Assembly: GCA_030770535.1 (NCBI GenBank)
Contig: JASVEC010000013.1
Location: 682,001-746,000 of the forward strand
Length of the DNA stretch: 64,000 nucleotides
Reading direction: 5' to 3'
From: Batkoa obscura
Taxonomy: Eukaryota
Shown: in pieces, positions 62,023-64,000 of the stretch
Numbering within the stretch: the stretch's first letter is position 1
Layout of the letters: each line of letters begins with the position of its first letter
The notes under the pieces: generated by a model
What the model was told of the DNA's origin: nothing
Database searches by the model: none
The model's input: the letters and a program-made list of their open reading frames with translations, nothing else
Position numbers and translations under genes: made by a program

Positions 62023-62327
62023 ATGACCAACTTTGGTATTACTTCATTAGGAAAACAAGGCAAAGCGTAATTTATCTTACAATCCTTTATCCACTTCAAT
62101 ATAATAAAGCCCTTAATTTATATAGCTGGTTAACAATTATTGTTGTTACACCTTTAGTAATGGTAACCTCTTATGAACTTTATCAAAGAAGTAAATTCAA
62201 TTTATTAATTTTATCAAAGAATGGTTTTAACTAATGAATTTTTATTTTATTAGTTATTAATGGTAAACAACAAAAAGTATTAAATGAACATGATAAATTT
62301 CAAATTGTAAGAGAACCTAAAAAATAA
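62023..62327 (+). CDS. Small 60-aa single-TM protein, three exons (not in the ORF track)
   Basis: Exons 62023-62066, 62126-62190, 62254-62327 sum to 183 nt with GT..AG introns; MTNFGITSLGKQGKAWLTIIVVTPLVMVTSYELYQRIINGKQQKVLNEHDKFQIVREPKK*. Confidence 0.72.
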
Positions 62328-62686
62328 GTTTTTGATGAAAGATTATGGCGATGCGGATTAAGTTTGAAGCTATTTATTAAAAGTAGATTAAATTAGGATG
62401 GAGTAATTTAGTTTATATGTTTTTTTTTTATAATTTTTATTATTAGTTATTAATGTCTATAATTTGTGTTTTTAATAAAATGGTTGATTCGATATTATGA
62501 TATAATTTATAAAAAATCTTGTTTATTTCAATTGAACTATTTTTATAGGATATCTTTTTAATACTTTCTGTACATGACTTAAAGTTTGTTTCATTATTTG
62601 CTTATCTGTTGTACAAGTATAATCGATAACCCAATTGCTTTATTATATTTAATTAATAGCTTCACTTTATTATCTCGTAGTTTTGT

Positions 62687-62731
62687 ATTTTTATTTTATT
62701 TTATTTTATTTTATTTTATTTTATTTTATTT
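62687..62731. repeat. (TTTTA)n microsatellite
   Basis: About 9 units. Confidence 0.9.
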
Positions 62732-63078
62732 GATACATTTATAAAGTAACACATATCAATAAAAATAACATCATATTTAACATTTACATTAAATTGTTAC
62801 CTTAAATTTATTTACTATTGTTACCTTTTAATATATAATTGGAATGTCTTTATAGTGTAATAAAAGGTTGATTAAACTCTTCCACATAAGAAAATAAAAA
62901 ATTACTTTTTATTAAAAGTGCAATAGTAAACGCTTTTAAAAAATCTAAATTATAGAAAAGTAGATTAATATTAAAAAGAAGAAAATTGGGAAATAGAGAA
63001 AGAAAAGAAGGTAGATAATAAACTTTAAACGAACTTATTGAGCGTCATCAACAATTAAAAAAATTCTCATTCTTCTTC

Positions 63079-64000
63079 TTATTTCTCACTATTAATAAGA
63101 TGAAGTAAATTTTGTACTTGATTTCTTGTAGATTCATCTTCCTCATAATATTCACTAAACGTATTATCTCTTAAACATTCTGGTAAATGAAGTTGAAGGT
63201 ATTTTCTAACACTAAAAAAACCATTAGCACTTTATTCTTCCATATATAAAAATAAAGACTTACTAAGCACTTTCACATAATTTGATGTATACTTTTAATA
63301 ATTGTTTATATAATCTAAAGGATTTTTCATTTTTTAAAAACGAAGTAGCTGCTAATAATCCTGATATTGTAAAATAATAATATTCTTGGGAATTAAGTAC
63401 TAAATCGAACACTGTTTTATGATTTAATAATTTCCCTAAGATAAAAAGACCAATCTAAAATATAAATTATATAAACCACAAATAACATTATAATACAGAT
63501 AAAAAATAAATAGTTACCGTCTTTGTTAAATCCGCTCCATAACTTTTGGTTTCAATTAATTTTAATACAATAGGTAAAAAATCCATTTTAATTAAGACTT
63601 CAACTATTTTCAAATCATCACACTAAGTTAAAAAGTTATAAAACTATAAATAACATACATCACTTAATAAATAAAAACAACTTTACCTTAACTAAAGCCC
63701 CAAACACGCCAAGGGTGCTTGTACGAATATGCTCAATGGGTTGTAATTTATTCGGTATTGTTAAAAAGGGTAATAAAAAATGAGGGATGGCAGCTAAAAA
63801 AAAATTGAATTCAATTTCAAAACTAAAACCGATTGAAATCTCCACTTACAAGTAACAAACAAAGGTCTAATTCTTTCACAGGTAGCAATCACCTGAAGCA
63901 ACGTTAACACATGACCTATATGAACCGACTGCTCATTACCCAATGTAGAGCCATAACAGTTAGGATAAGCTTTAAAAATCTCTTGCATTAGGACCGACAT
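63079..64000 (-). CDS. Divergent RCD1/CAF40/CNOT9-like protein, 5' end outside the window
   Basis: Five visible exons: VLMQEIFKAYP...HVLTLLQVIAT, IPHFLLPFL...PIEHIRTSTLGVFGALVK, DFLPIVLKLIE...LTKT, IGLFILGKLL...YIKLCES, LHLPECLRDNTF; collinear with Rcd1 motifs; stop at 63079-63081. Confidence 0.8.

Overview
A very AT-rich eukaryotic window with short GT-AG introns and fungal-type genes. It is most consistent with an early-diverging fungus (Zoopagomycota/Entomophthorales-like; inference from composition and gene style only). The two ends are gene-dense, intron-containing housekeeping regions. Left (1-7.1 kb): a synergin-gamma-like protein, mitochondrial IleRS and COX9. Right (53.5-64 kb): GFA1, RPN1, REX2/orn, a 3-exon 60-aa micro-gene missing from the ORF track, and a divergent RCD1/CAF40. 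Between them is a ~46 kb gene-sparse island of almost entirely intronless genes: seven AhpC/TSA-type (PRXL2/FAM213-like) CxxC redoxin paralogues (one pseudogene) with mosaic gene-conversion tracts, two MFS drug transporters plus a deleted MFS relic, a GH25 lysozyme plus its pseudogene, a membrane-anchored bacterial-type DUF1636-like gene, a PQ-loop transporter, a Ser/Thr kinase and tRNA-Asp. The island also holds 16 copies or fragments of a ~100-bp TA-flanked MITE whose 5' half reads as a complete ~46-nt spliceosomal intron (GTA...TACTAAC...TAG), a second ~165-bp MITE family and fold-back elements. Family assignments are from motif recognition by eye, not database searches; exon boundaries are inferred from splice signals and frame continuity.
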